The notes: a model not told the origin generated them from the sequence alone. Counted from the first letter of the stretch, positions 10,548 through 20,942 are shown. The stretch: 64,000 nucleotides of DNA from Rubripirellula sp. (GCA_965216875.1 OZ244207.1:4224001-4288000); one strand, 5' to 3'. Numbers and translations: made by a program.

Positions 10548-10612
10548 TTTGGGTCAGCCTATTTGGGGATGCGGCGGCGGATTCTCCCTAGAATTTCGCG
10601 ATCAACGCAAGA

Positions 10613-12007
10613 TCAGTTTGGCGTTATCTGATGCTGCTGCAGCTGCTTGCGATAGTTGACCAGCGTGGCGTTCCATTGCTCCCGAACTCGGCTCGGCACA
10701 TCGACTCCGGACAGAACATCGCCAACCAATCCGCCGAGTACGACCAGGCTTTCCGGCGCGACGCCATGTTGCGACCACGCGATTTTGCCCGTCTTGTCTA
10801 GGACCACCAACGCTCCGGGCTGCATTTGATAGCCTCCGGAAACGATCTGCCCTCGATCAATCAGTACGGAAAGTGGCGATGCGACCGACGGCGGATTACG
10901 GTTTTCGTCCACCACGACCACCACGCGAATCTGTGATCGCAGCGACGCTGGCATCGCGGTCGCCCATTGATGCAACGTTGCCAGAGAAGATTGAGATGCC
11001 GCGTCACCGCTGTACCGCAACAACAGCGTCGCATCGCGGTCAGCACCCTTGTCGGTGAGAGTGAATCGGGAATCACGCGAACTCAGCCGAAACGTCCTTG
11101 CTCGCGAGCCCAACTTGGTAGGGGGCGTTTCAGGTGGCACTCCCACAAAGCTCGAAACGAATTTAGGTCGAGCCGGCAACTCGTCTTGCGGGTAGTCCGC
11201 TTCGGTGCGAAACATCGCCTCGCGCAGCTCGAGCGCAACCAGCCAGCGTGTGTTGCTCGCCGCGTCCCAGATGTCTGGCAAGTCGACCCGTCGAATCAGT
11301 CGATCGTTGACATCGATCCAAAACCGATAACGTTGCCCTTGAGTGTTCGCTTCAATCTCGAAACAGGCCGCACCTGAAATCGTCGCGCGGTCACCGTAGG
11401 CAAACTTGGTGCTCGGTGTGAACAGGTGCTTCATTGGCTCAGGCGAAAACAACCATTCCAATTGCGGTGGCGGTCCGGCGAGGCCGCTGCCGAGTCGCTC
11501 GGCTAAGATCGGATCACTGAGCAGGTTTTCAAGTCGGGGCCGATCGCTGTCTTGACCGGTTGGTTGCCTTAGGACCTGATGATCGAATTGGTTGGTCGTT
11601 GGATCATCAATCCAGGCCGTCTTGTTGCCGCCGCCCTGAAACAGACGGACATCGTACGATCGGACATAAAGTTCGCTTCGCGAAAACCAAACCGAAAGGG
11701 GTGCGACTTCGCTTTGGACCGAAGGCCCATCCGGCACGGTCACGCGTACCACGGCCTGGTCGCTGTACTGCGACGCGTTTCGGTACCGAGCGAAGATGTC
11801 CGACAACAACTGCTCAGCCGGACGACTCTGCAATGACGCAACTTGAGCCTGAACCTCGTCGACCGAAGTTTGCCGAGGGGAACAACCGGCGAGAATCGTC
11901 GCCGTCCCAAGCAGCGTTACCAAAACGTATCGAATCAAACGAAGTCCCATCCCTGATTTCCGGCGGTCGCGGTCTTTTTCCAAGATGGGGTATACCGTGG
12001 CCGCCAT
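10613..12007 (-). CDS. putative lipoprotein, LolA-like N-domain plus redoxin-like C-domain
   Basis: Lipobox ILAGC. YRFWID..LIRRVD resembles the LolA/DUF2092 fold. C-terminal LGSRARTFRL...LVVLDKTGKIAW resembles AhpC/TSA but has no CxxC. Start 12007 or 11950. Confidence 0.6.
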   Translation of the reverse strand: MAATVYPILEKDRDRRKSGMGLRLIRYVLVTLLGTATILAGCSPRQTSVDEVQAQVASLQSRPAEQLLSDIFARYRNASQYSDQAVVRVTVPDGPSVQSEVAPLSVWFSRSELYVRSYDVRLFQGGGNKTAWIDDPTTNQFDHQVLRQPTGQDSDRPRLENLLSDPILAERLGSGLAGPPPQLEWLFSPEPMKHLFTPSTKFAYGDRATISGAACFEIEANTQGQRYRFWIDVNDRLIRRVDLPDIWDAASNTRWLVALELREAMFRTEADYPQDELPARPKFVSSFVGVPPETPPTKLGSRARTFRLSSRDSRFTLTDKGADRDATLLLRYSGDAASQSSLATLHQWATAMPASLRSQIRVVVVVDENRNPPSVASPLSVLIDRGQIVSGGYQMQPGALVVLDKTGKIAWSQHGVAPESLVVLGGLVGDVLSGVDVPSRVREQWNATLVNYRKQLQQHQITPN

Positions 12008-12145
12008 TGTTTGATCCAGATCAACCGTGACGCGGGGTCGAAACAGGTCGCCCGCCAAGCCCTCCTTTCGGCGCCATGGAAATACGCGGAAGATGGTGTA
12101 AAACCTTCGCTCCAACCACCCATCACTGCTCGTTCGACGTTCGCG

Positions 12146-13318
12146 ATGCCACAATTCCAACATTTGCTGCAGTCCGTTCCCGAGGAAAAACGCCTCCTTC
12201 GGCCAGCCGAGACACGAAGCTGTGACGACGTTTGCCAGCAAACCGTGGAAGCACTCTCAACGCCGCTGGACTATCCCCCGTTAGATGCGGCGATCGTTCC
12301 TGGCGACCGGGTTGCAATCGCGATTGATCCGAACGTCCCCCAGATCACGGAAATCGTTCGCGGCATTTTGAAGGCGGTTGGTGGTACCGACGCAGGCGCG
12401 ATCGAATTTGTCCTTTGGGATGAAGCAAACGATGAAACCCTGCAAGCGGTCTCGGACGAAGTTGGCGATGCCGCGGAAGTGTTTCGGCACTGCCCCTCCT
12501 CGCGTGAATCGCTTCGTTACTTGGCTGCCGACGAATCGGCCGCGCCGGTTTACGTCAACCGGCGCTTGGTGGATGCCGACTTTGTCTTGCCCGTGATGTC
12601 AGCGCGGCCCGACGACCAACGCGACTCACAAGATCTAGCCGGTGTTTATCCCGCACTTGCTGATTCATCCACTCGAGGTCGCTACAGTGATGCGGCTGCG
12701 GACCAAGAGCAACATCCCGAGTCACCTCCCGACATCCCTTGGTTGCTGGGAGTTCACTTGCTGCTGAGTGTTCGAAGCAATGACGATGGCAACGCGGCCG
12801 ACATCAAAGCAGGAACGCTCACTGCCATCGGTGACGAAATCAAAACGCTCAATCAGCAATCGAGCGAATCGGGTCACGCTTCGATCGTCGTCGCAAGCCT
12901 CGATGGTGATGAGCAACAACAATCATGGTGCAATCTCGCCCGCGCCGTGAGCGCGGCAGCCAAAGCCGTCGAAGAGGGCGGCACGATCGTGGTGTGGAGT
13001 GACCTGAGTCAGCCGCCACAAGGAGCGCTACAGAGACTCGCTGAAGTCGACAGCTTGCAACCTGCTCCGTTTGAACCGACCGAAGACGATGAGTTCCCGC
13101 CGTGGGACCAAGAACTCGCGATTGCAAAATCGATCGCAAAAATTGCAAGCGACCACCGACTGTTGATCCACAGTCGCCTCCAACGCGAATCGCTCGAGGC
13201 ACTCGGCCTTGGCGTGATCGAAACCGAAGACGAATTACAACGCCTCTGCGAGTCCTTCGAAAGCTGCGCGGTGGTGAGAGCCGCACAACACGCAGGCGGA
13301 ACCAATTTGATTGGGTGA
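12146..13318 (+). CDS. lactate racemase (LarA/DUF2088)-like domain protein
   Basis: EALSTPLDYPPL..IVPGDRVAIAID, VYVNRRLVDADFVL and AAAKAVEEGGTIVV motifs. Start trimmed to MPQFQH. Confidence 0.7.
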   Translation: MPQFQHLLQSVPEEKRLLRPAETRSCDDVCQQTVEALSTPLDYPPLDAAIVPGDRVAIAIDPNVPQITEIVRGILKAVGGTDAGAIEFVLWDEANDETLQAVSDEVGDAAEVFRHCPSSRESLRYLAADESAAPVYVNRRLVDADFVLPVMSARPDDQRDSQDLAGVYPALADSSTRGRYSDAAADQEQHPESPPDIPWLLGVHLLLSVRSNDDGNAADIKAGTLTAIGDEIKTLNQQSSESGHASIVVASLDGDEQQQSWCNLARAVSAAAKAVEEGGTIVVWSDLSQPPQGALQRLAEVDSLQPAPFEPTEDDEFPPWDQELAIAKSIAKIASDHRLLIHSRLQRESLEALGLGVIETEDELQRLCESFESCAVVRAAQHAGGTNLIG

Positions 13319-13327
13319 GAACCGTTT

Positions 13328-13383
13328 GTAGTATCGAGCTTTAGCCGGAACCTTCAGGGTCTTTCGCATTTAGGCGGTACTAC
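13328..13383. repeat. REP doublet, family B (degenerate)
   Basis: GTAGTATCGAGCTTTAGCCGGAA ... TAGGCGGTACTAC; homologous to 33413, 35749 and 63913. Confidence 0.75.
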
Positions 13384-13423
13384 GAACCGTGGCAACCGGA
13401 GCCAGATCATTGGCCTTCCCACA

Positions 13424-14227
13424 TCACGTCCCTGGAATCACCGCCGGTGAATTGGATGCGGTGTAGGGGTCGGACCAGCTTCCAAAATCGGGCGGCACCT
13501 TCCATACCTCGGCGTCATCGATCGCGAGCACTAACGTGCTTGGCGCCGAAAGCCGGCCAACGCCATACCGCCAAGCTTCTCCATCCGTTTCCAAAAAGAC
13601 GATCACTCCTGGCATCGTTCCCGCTACGAATAAGAAGACGGCCCCATCACTGCCTGGATTGGTTTCGTCCCGATAACGATCGATGGGCCGGGCCAGCAAA
13701 CGCAAGTTCAACTTCCGCTCTTCCGGGTCTTCTCTTGAAACGATTTGACTAGCCGTCATCCGTTTCATGATTTGCTTCATTTGAAACAGACGCTTCGAAG
13801 GTGTGTCGGCTGGCTGCGGCGCCACGTCCAACCGTTTCATTTCGACCGCCGATGTTGAAGGTGTCCACGACACATCCGGACTCTTCGCGCTAAATGGTTT
13901 TTTGGAGAGCGAAAGAAAGTCATAAACGACGCGCGGACTTGTGCCGCCATACTTTGGATGAAGCTCCGCGGTGATGATCGCCTGTGGTCGCCCCTTCTTT
14001 CCCCAGCGCCATACCGTGCCGTCGACATAGCCTCGCGGTACATCGTCATAGCGAAATAACGGCTTGGCTTCGATCGTCTTTGGCAACGTGTTGTCGTCGC
14101 TAAAGAAACGAATCTGCATGACGCGCTCGGCCATCAAATCCATCCGCGCCTCTGAGACATCGGATTGCCCCAGCGCAAAGGATTGAATGACACCGACCAA
14201 CAAGAGCGACACAAGTGTCCGAACCAT
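13424..14227 (-). CDS. hypothetical exported protein
   Basis: Signal peptide MVRTLVSLLLVGVIQSFALG; divergent from the DUF1549 cluster. Confidence 0.7.
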   Translation of the reverse strand: MVRTLVSLLLVGVIQSFALGQSDVSEARMDLMAERVMQIRFFSDDNTLPKTIEAKPLFRYDDVPRGYVDGTVWRWGKKGRPQAIITAELHPKYGGTSPRVVYDFLSLSKKPFSAKSPDVSWTPSTSAVEMKRLDVAPQPADTPSKRLFQMKQIMKRMTASQIVSREDPEERKLNLRLLARPIDRYRDETNPGSDGAVFLFVAGTMPGVIVFLETDGEAWRYGVGRLSAPSTLVLAIDDAEVWKVPPDFGSWSDPYTASNSPAVIPGT

Positions 14228-14380
14228 GGCGTTCCTTAATCTCTTTCTTGTGTTCCCCACCAACACACCCCACCTCAAAAGGCTAACGTCGCCACGGATC
14301 CACCGGCAACTCCACGGAAGTGGCATTTTGTTCACCTTCGATGATTTTCAAAAGAAATTGCCGATCACCCGAGAATCTGA

Positions 14381-14410
14381 TTGACACTTTAGACACTTCG
14401 TCTGTAGATT
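14381..14410 (+). promoter_or_regulatory. sigma70-like promoter containing an AGAC-N5-GTCT inverted repeat (candidate BlaI operator)
   Basis: TTGACA (14381), 18-nt spacer, TAGATT (14405). AGACacttcGTCT at 14391-14403 lies in the spacer. Confidence 0.6.
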
Positions 14411-14461
14411 ATGGGCGTGCTTGAAACCGTGTCGTTTGTCGCACTTGAAAAAGGTCGATTG

Positions 14462-15940
14462 ATGTTACGTTTCGTGTTTTCGATGGCCCTGGTCGCCGTC
14501 GGCTGCTCGTCGATTTTTCCGCAGCGATTGGTCTGTGCCGATGACTATTCGGCTGGTACCCAATTGGCCCAGTGGCTCGATGCCCAACTCTCACAGTCTC
14601 TCGAAGGCCGCGAGACCTGCGATGACCTCACCTATGCTCGCCGCGTCTACCTCGACGTAATGGGGCGAATCCCCGGTGTTTCTGAAACCCGCGATTACAT
14701 GGCCGTCGACCAGGACGACCGCCGCGACTGGTTGGTCGAACGGCTGCTTTACCCAGCCGACAAGTACGCTCGCGAGAAACAACAGACGACCGCCGAGCAT
14801 TGGGCGAGAATCTGGCGACGCAACCTACTGCCGCCGGCGCTCGTTGATGCTCCGCCAGCGATGCAGATGGAAACGTGGTTGGCCCAGCAGTTTGCCGAAG
14901 ACGTGCCTTTTGACAAAGTTGGCCGCGATCTGGTCACGCCTGCATCGAGTCCCGGTGGTCAGGCGCTCTACCAAGCCTCGGGCAATTCCCCCGAAGCGTT
15001 CGTGACACAAGTTGCCCGTGGCTTACTTGGCGTTCGCATCAACTGTGCCCAGTGCCACGATCATCCGTTTACCGATTGGAAACAAGAAGACTTTTGGGGG
15101 ATGGCAGCCTATTACTCGGGCGGTCCCAATGGCAGTACGAGTGGTTCGATTGCACACGAAGGCACATCGTACGAAGCCAAGACATTGTGGGACAAAGAGC
15201 CCGCGGAGAAAAACAAACGCAATCCCGAAGCGTTTGCACAGTGGTTGACTGCCGATGACAATCCACAGTTTGCGTCATCGGCGGTCAACCGCATTTGGGA
15301 ACAACTTGTTGGACGCGGCCTGTTTGCCGAGGCCAATGACTTGGACACGGCGACCGACGAGCAACGGGAGATGCTCGACCGTTTGGCCGATCACTTTCGT
15401 GAGAGCCAATATGCGATGCGGCCGCTGATTGCGGGCATCTTGAAGAGCAAGGCTTATCAACTCGAAACCAATCCGGTCGACCGACCGTTGAAAGTGCTCG
15501 GCCCCGAGCAGGTCTTTTATTCGCTTGAGCGTGCTCTTTTGTTGCCGGTCGGCAGGATCAACGAAACCTCGGCGCGCCACAACGGGCGTCGTCTTCAGAT
15601 GCTGGCTCGGCTTTCTGAAGCGGTCGGTGACCGACCCGATGACTATGCATCGGGTATCCCGCAAGCGTTGTTGCTGATGAATGGTCCGATGACCAGCGAC
15701 GCGGTGAACCTCGAACGCAGCCGGCTACTTCGTGCCGTTGTCGATGCACCCTATTTCGACGACGCCGAAAAAGTCAAAACGCTTTACATGGCGGTGCTGA
15801 CGCGTCCGCCGAGCGAAAAAGAACAAAGCCAGCTCGAATCGTATTTGAGCGGCAAGAAGACCGAAGCGGAACGCAAAATCGCGCACGGCGAAATCCTTTG
15901 GGCCCTCATTAACAGTCCGGAGTTTGTGTTATGTCGATAA
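14462..15940 (+). CDS. DUF1549/DUF1553 (PSCyt2/PSD1) planctomycete protein
   Basis: DDLTYARRVYLDVMGRIP, LGVRINCAQCHDHPF (CxxCH), W...DNPQFA..AVNRIW, LWALINSPEF; signal peptide. Confidence 0.92.
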   Translation: MLRFVFSMALVAVGCSSIFPQRLVCADDYSAGTQLAQWLDAQLSQSLEGRETCDDLTYARRVYLDVMGRIPGVSETRDYMAVDQDDRRDWLVERLLYPADKYAREKQQTTAEHWARIWRRNLLPPALVDAPPAMQMETWLAQQFAEDVPFDKVGRDLVTPASSPGGQALYQASGNSPEAFVTQVARGLLGVRINCAQCHDHPFTDWKQEDFWGMAAYYSGGPNGSTSGSIAHEGTSYEAKTLWDKEPAEKNKRNPEAFAQWLTADDNPQFASSAVNRIWEQLVGRGLFAEANDLDTATDEQREMLDRLADHFRESQYAMRPLIAGILKSKAYQLETNPVDRPLKVLGPEQVFYSLERALLLPVGRINETSARHNGRRLQMLARLSEAVGDRPDDYASGIPQALLLMNGPMTSDAVNLERSRLLRAVVDAPYFDDAEKVKTLYMAVLTRPPSEKEQSQLESYLSGKKTEAERKIAHGEILWALINSPEFVLCR

Positions 15941-17247
15941 ACCTATTTCAACGTGATCTGTCCCGACGCTGTTTGATTCGATCGGCCGCCTGCAGTGTGC
16001 TTGGCGTCGGCGCATCGGGCTGGTTGCCACAATTGGCAGCGGCGGCAAGCGGCAAAACCAAACTCTCCTGCATCCTGCTTTGGATGAGTGGCGGTCCAAG
16101 CCAAATGGAAACGCTTGACCCCAAACCGGGCCACGACAATGGCGGCCCGACCAAAGCGATCTCGACCGCTGTGCCCGGCATTCACATTGCCGAAAACTTG
16201 CCGGGCGTCGCCAAGCAGATGAAAGACATTGCGATCATTCGTGGCATGAAGACTCGCGAGGGGGATCACGGCCGAGCGACGGAACTCATGATGACGGGAC
16301 GTCGACCTGGGACGGGTGGGGTTGAGTTCCCGTCGCTCGGATCCGTGATCGCCCAACGGATGATCCAGGCCGATGTCGATCTTCCGCCTTACGTCAGCAT
16401 TGCTCCGCCGCAATTCGGTCGCCCCAGTGGTGCCGGATTCCTTGGCCCCAAATACTCGCCCCTGGTGGTTTCCGGGCGCAGCAACGACCCCAACGCTCGA
16501 GCCAACTTGTCGATCGAGAACCTGCAACCGAGTGACGGCTCACTTGTTTCGCTTGACGAACGTTTCGAGCTGTTGCAAATGCTGCAAACGCGTCTGGTTT
16601 CATCCGACGTCTCGGCCGAAGCCCACGTTGCCAACTACAACTCCGCAATGCGGATGGTCAAAACCAAAGGGGGCGGTGCGTTCGAACTTGACCAGGAACC
16701 CGAAGAGATTCGCGATCGTTACGGTCGCAATCGTTTTGGCCAAGGTTGTCTACTCGCGCGGCGGTTGGTCGAGCGGGGTGTTCCGTTTGTTGAAGTGGGA
16801 CTTTCCGATGTTCCCGGCACGATCGGCAACTGGGACACACATTCGGACAACTTCGATCAAGTCAGTCAGCTTTGTGACGTGCTCGACCCGGCGTGGTCGA
16901 CGTTGCTGGAAGACCTGCGTGAGCGTGGGATGTTGGAATCGACCATGGTCGTTTGGATGGGCGAATTCGGCAGAACCCCCGTCATCAATGACGGCGGCGG
17001 TCGGGATCACTTCCCAGATGCTTGGAGTGTGGCTCTTTCCGGCGGTTTGGTTCGCGGCGGACAAGTGATTGGCGACTCGGGAAAAGATGGTATGGAATCG
17101 AAAGATCGTCCGACCTCGGCACCCGACCTGTTCGCGAGTGTGCTCTCTGGCCTCGGCGTCAATCCTCACGACGACAACTACGACGGCGATCGGCCCATTC
17201 CGTTGATCGAGGAGGGTGGGCAATCGGTCGGCGGACTCTTCACTTGA
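15931..17247 (+). CDS. DUF1501 domain protein with Tat signal
   Basis: SRRCLI twin-arginine signal; LWMSGGPSQMETLDPK, CLLARRLVERGV, WDTH, GEFGRTP and GRDH motifs. Confidence 0.92.
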   Translation: MSINLFQRDLSRRCLIRSAACSVLGVGASGWLPQLAAAASGKTKLSCILLWMSGGPSQMETLDPKPGHDNGGPTKAISTAVPGIHIAENLPGVAKQMKDIAIIRGMKTREGDHGRATELMMTGRRPGTGGVEFPSLGSVIAQRMIQADVDLPPYVSIAPPQFGRPSGAGFLGPKYSPLVVSGRSNDPNARANLSIENLQPSDGSLVSLDERFELLQMLQTRLVSSDVSAEAHVANYNSAMRMVKTKGGGAFELDQEPEEIRDRYGRNRFGQGCLLARRLVERGVPFVEVGLSDVPGTIGNWDTHSDNFDQVSQLCDVLDPAWSTLLEDLRERGMLESTMVVWMGEFGRTPVINDGGGRDHFPDAWSVALSGGLVRGGQVIGDSGKDGMESKDRPTSAPDLFASVLSGLGVNPHDDNYDGDRPIPLIEEGGQSVGGLFT

Positions 17248-17297
17248 TCCCGCTTTTGCTTGATTCTGCTAACCAATTCGGTACCGTCAAAGAATAG

Positions 17298-18932
17298 ATG
17301 CCAACGAGGACAATCGTGTTTCGCAAGAAAGTCGTCATCACTGCTGTGCTGATGCTGGCCGCTTCGGTCCCAGCGTTGGCTCAGGATGCGCGTGACTTGA
17401 TTGTTGTCCTGCCGAACCGTCCGCTGCATGTTCGCATCAGCGTACTGGAATCAGGCAGACCGCTTGAAGCCGTGCGTCGCCAGTACATCCAAGACTTGAT
17501 CGCGAAACTTGACGTCAATAACGACGGCAAACTCTCGCGTGCCGAGACGCGAACGAGTCCTTTGTTTAATACCAAGCGACGTTTCGACGACAACCCGTTT
17601 TTGCGAAAGCTCGAACGAGACAGCAATGTGTCGCAGCGTGACGTGGTCATGACGGTGCAACGCGCAGCCGGTCAACCGCTCGCTTATCGCCAAGACGATT
17701 CGCTTGCCGACAACGATCTTGGTGTATTCGACGTGCTCGACCAAGATGGCTCGGGCATGATTGAACCCAAAGAGATGCGGATGGCCGCCGCTCGCATTGC
17801 GGCGCGCGACAGCGATACCGATCGCTGCATCACGTTTGACGAATTTCTTGATCAAGTCGAACCCGAAGTCGACCCGAATGGCTTGGTGATGGAGATCGAT
17901 GACACACCGCCACCTTCGATCCATTCCGATCGGCTGCGTGATTTTCGCGAGCCAACGCTACCGACGCGTCTGGTGCGTCTCTACGACGCCAATCGTGATG
18001 CCAAGCTAAGTGCCGAAGAATTGCAATGGAGCGACGAGCGAGTTGCTGAACTTGACCGCAACCGCGACAAGCTGCTGACCTCGCGCGAGCTGGCGGGAAT
18101 GAAATCGATGGCGCCCGATTTGGAACTGCGTCTGGACCTTGCCGAGCCGACCGCCGAGGCGCTCGAGTTAATCTCTCGACGTGGTGGAACCAAAGTCACG
18201 CAGCCGCGCGACGGATTACTTCGAATTGTGCAGGGCGAAGTGACGCTCACATTTGGCTATCGCCATCGAGACCCACTCGAAGAAGCCGAAATCGCTGCTC
18301 GCGATGTATTCAATGAAATCGATCTTGATGCCAACGGCTACCTCGATCGTGACGAGATCGAAGAACGCCACCGGTTCAAACGATACCTCTTTGATGCAAT
18401 GGATTCTGACCAAGACGATCGTGTCTTTGTCAAAGAGATGATGGAATACGTTCGCTCGTTCGCGGAACCGGCCGCCTCGAGCTGCCAGATGACCCTTTAC
18501 GACATCGGCAGCGGTTACTTCCAAATGATCGACGCCAGTGACGACGGACGGATTTCGATTCGCGAACTTCGCACAGCCGAAAAAGCACTCAACAGTGCGG
18601 CGGGCGGTGTCGGCCGCGCCCTGAATCCATCCAAGGTTCGCCACAACTATCGCATCGAAATGTCGCGCGGCTTGGTCTCGCTGTTTGGTGCCGTCGATCG
18701 CCCCACGGCAGAAGCTCCCACGGCCGTGCTGCGAAAACCGATCGGCCCCTCTTGGTTTGTCGCCAACGACACCAACGACGACGGCGATTTGACTTGGGAA
18801 GAATTCATCGGTCCGGAAACCACCTTCCGAGCCATGGACACCGACCAAGACGGTCTAATCGATGCGAGTGAGGCGGCCGCCTACGAGTCCCAGCTAATCA
18901 GTAAACCAAACGAATCGTTGCTTTCCAATTAG
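17298..18932 (+). CDS. secreted multi-EF-hand calcium-binding protein
   Basis: Signal peptide; about 10 EF loops (DVNNDGKLSRAE, DQDGSGMIEPKE, DLDANGYLDRDE, DTNDDGDLTWEE, DTDQDGLIDASE etc.). Confidence 0.88.
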   Translation: MPTRTIVFRKKVVITAVLMLAASVPALAQDARDLIVVLPNRPLHVRISVLESGRPLEAVRRQYIQDLIAKLDVNNDGKLSRAETRTSPLFNTKRRFDDNPFLRKLERDSNVSQRDVVMTVQRAAGQPLAYRQDDSLADNDLGVFDVLDQDGSGMIEPKEMRMAAARIAARDSDTDRCITFDEFLDQVEPEVDPNGLVMEIDDTPPPSIHSDRLRDFREPTLPTRLVRLYDANRDAKLSAEELQWSDERVAELDRNRDKLLTSRELAGMKSMAPDLELRLDLAEPTAEALELISRRGGTKVTQPRDGLLRIVQGEVTLTFGYRHRDPLEEAEIAARDVFNEIDLDANGYLDRDEIEERHRFKRYLFDAMDSDQDDRVFVKEMMEYVRSFAEPAASSCQMTLYDIGSGYFQMIDASDDGRISIRELRTAEKALNSAAGGVGRALNPSKVRHNYRIEMSRGLVSLFGAVDRPTAEAPTAVLRKPIGPSWFVANDTNDDGDLTWEEFIGPETTFRAMDTDQDGLIDASEAAAYESQLISKPNESLLSN

Positions 18933-18963
18933 CCGCGATCCTTTCCGCGAAGCGAAAGACGTC

Positions 18964-19989
18964 ATGAGTACCACCGTGAATTCAAAGCCAACGTCCGACA
19001 CAGACGTCCTTGCCCACATCGAACAACTCGGCGTGGCTCGAAAACGGCTGACCGATGAGATAGGAAAAGTCATCGTTGGCCAAGAACAGGTCATTGATTA
19101 CCTGTTGATCGGGTTGCTCTGCCGTGGGCACGTTTTGTTGCACGGCGTACCAGGTCTGGGCAAGACACTGATGGCGAGAACGCTCTCGCAAACGCTTGAC
19201 CTCGATTTCAAACGTGTTCAGTTCACGCCCGACTTGATGCCTTCGGACATTACCGGAACCGATGTTCTGGAACCTGATGGCGAAGGCGGTCACAAGATGC
19301 AATTCGTCCCCGGCCCGATCTTCACCAATTTCCTGTTGGCCGACGAAATCAATCGAACGCCACCGAAGACGCAAGCTTCCTTGTTGCAAGCGATGCAGGA
19401 ACGCGAAGTTTCCGCGGGAACGCAAACCTATCAATTGAAACCACCTTTCTTTGTCGTTGCGACGCAAAACCCCATCGAGATGGAAGGCACCTACCCGTTG
19501 CCCGAAGCGCAAGTTGACCGATTCATGTTCAACGTCCGCGTGCGTTATCCGAGCGTTGCCGAAGAAGCCAAAATCATCGCCGGCACGACCGGCACCGACA
19601 TGCCTGAAGCATCGGCCATCTTGTCAGCCGACGACTTGCTGGTGTTGCAAGATGTTGTCCGCAGTGTTCCGGTCGCGGACGACGTCACGCTTTATGCCGC
19701 ACGTCTGGTCGCGGCGAGTCGACCCGAAACGCCCGAAGCGATCGAGATGGTCAAGAAATACGTGGGCTATGGTGCGAGCCCGCGAGCCGGACAGTCGCTG
19801 GTGCTTGCCGGCAAAGCACGCGCCATCCTTGATGGGCGGATGCATGTCGATTTTGCCGATCTGAAAGCCGTCGCACACCCGGTTCTGCGGCACCGATTGG
19901 TGCTCAATTTCCACGCCCGAGCCGATGGAATTGACAGCGACCGCGTGGTGGATCAACTGCTCGAAGAATTGCCTGAGGATCCGGTCTAA
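18964..19989 (+). CDS. moxR: MoxR family AAA+ ATPase
   Basis: GVPGLGKT, RVQFTPDLMPSDITG, LLADEINR, ATQNPIEMEGTYPLPEAQVDRF. Confidence 0.96.
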   Translation: MSTTVNSKPTSDTDVLAHIEQLGVARKRLTDEIGKVIVGQEQVIDYLLIGLLCRGHVLLHGVPGLGKTLMARTLSQTLDLDFKRVQFTPDLMPSDITGTDVLEPDGEGGHKMQFVPGPIFTNFLLADEINRTPPKTQASLLQAMQEREVSAGTQTYQLKPPFFVVATQNPIEMEGTYPLPEAQVDRFMFNVRVRYPSVAEEAKIIAGTTGTDMPEASAILSADDLLVLQDVVRSVPVADDVTLYAARLVAASRPETPEAIEMVKKYVGYGASPRAGQSLVLAGKARAILDGRMHVDFADLKAVAHPVLRHRLVLNFHARADGIDSDRVVDQLLEELPEDPV

Positions 19990-20942
19990 TGCCGTTGCTT
20001 AGTCCACGAGCGAAAACGGGGCAGGGGAGAGCTGCGGAAACGTCCTCGTCCTCGGGTTGGTTGTCGCCAAATGAACTAGCGGACCTGACCGGTGTCGAGC
20101 TGCGCGCTGCAGGCATCGTCGAAGGTTTCATGCAGGGTCTGCACCGTAGTCCGTTTGTTGGCTACAGCGTCGAGTTTTCTTCGCACCGCAAGTATGCCGC
20201 CGGTGACGATCCGCGACATGTGAATTGGAAGCTGTACGCGCGCAATCGCAAACTTTACGTCAAAGAGTTTGATGCCGAAACAAACCTGAACCTGTACCTG
20301 ATGGTCGACTGCAGCAAGTCGATGCAATGCAAGGCTGGCAGCCCACTTAGCAAATGGCATTACGCGACCGCGGTTGCCGGCGCTCTCGCTCAAATCTCAT
20401 TGCGCCAACGCGACGCGGTGGGATTGGCTTTGCTGGCTGGCGGCGTGATCGAGCATTTGGAACCGTCGGCAAAACCAGGTCGCTTTAGTGACTTGGTGCG
20501 GATACTCGATCAGTCGCCGCGTCCGGCCGAAACCGACCTTGGACGATCGCTTTCGCAGGCGGCCCAGCTGGCTCGCCATCGTGGCATTGTCATCGTCCTT
20601 AGCGACCTGATGGATGATCCCGATGCGGTCATGGAAGGTCTGAGGCAGCTTCGTTTTCGCCAACACGAAGTCGTCCTGTTCCACATCCTCGATCCCTGGG
20701 AACGCTGGTTGCCCGAGCCCGGTAAGGTTCGATTCCATGATCTGGAAACCTCGGCAGAAGTCACCACCGAAACCGATGCCGTGCGATCAGCTTACGTCAA
20801 ACGCATCGACGACTGGTGCAACGCACTTCGCAGCGAATGCCTCCGCCAGTCGATCGACTTGGTTCAAGTCACAACTGACCAACCGCCAACCGCTGTTCTG
20901 GTTGATTACCTCGTCCAGCGATCCAACAAAAGCGTGTCCTGA
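19989..20942 (+). CDS. DUF58 domain protein (vWA-like)
   Basis: GLHRSPFVGYSVEFSSHRKY, GDDPRHVNWK, VKEF, DCSKSM; 1-bp overlap with moxR. Confidence 0.93.
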   Translation: MPLLSPRAKTGQGRAAETSSSSGWLSPNELADLTGVELRAAGIVEGFMQGLHRSPFVGYSVEFSSHRKYAAGDDPRHVNWKLYARNRKLYVKEFDAETNLNLYLMVDCSKSMQCKAGSPLSKWHYATAVAGALAQISLRQRDAVGLALLAGGVIEHLEPSAKPGRFSDLVRILDQSPRPAETDLGRSLSQAAQLARHRGIVIVLSDLMDDPDAVMEGLRQLRFRQHEVVLFHILDPWERWLPEPGKVRFHDLETSAEVTTETDAVRSAYVKRIDDWCNALRSECLRQSIDLVQVTTDQPPTAVLVDYLVQRSNKSVS

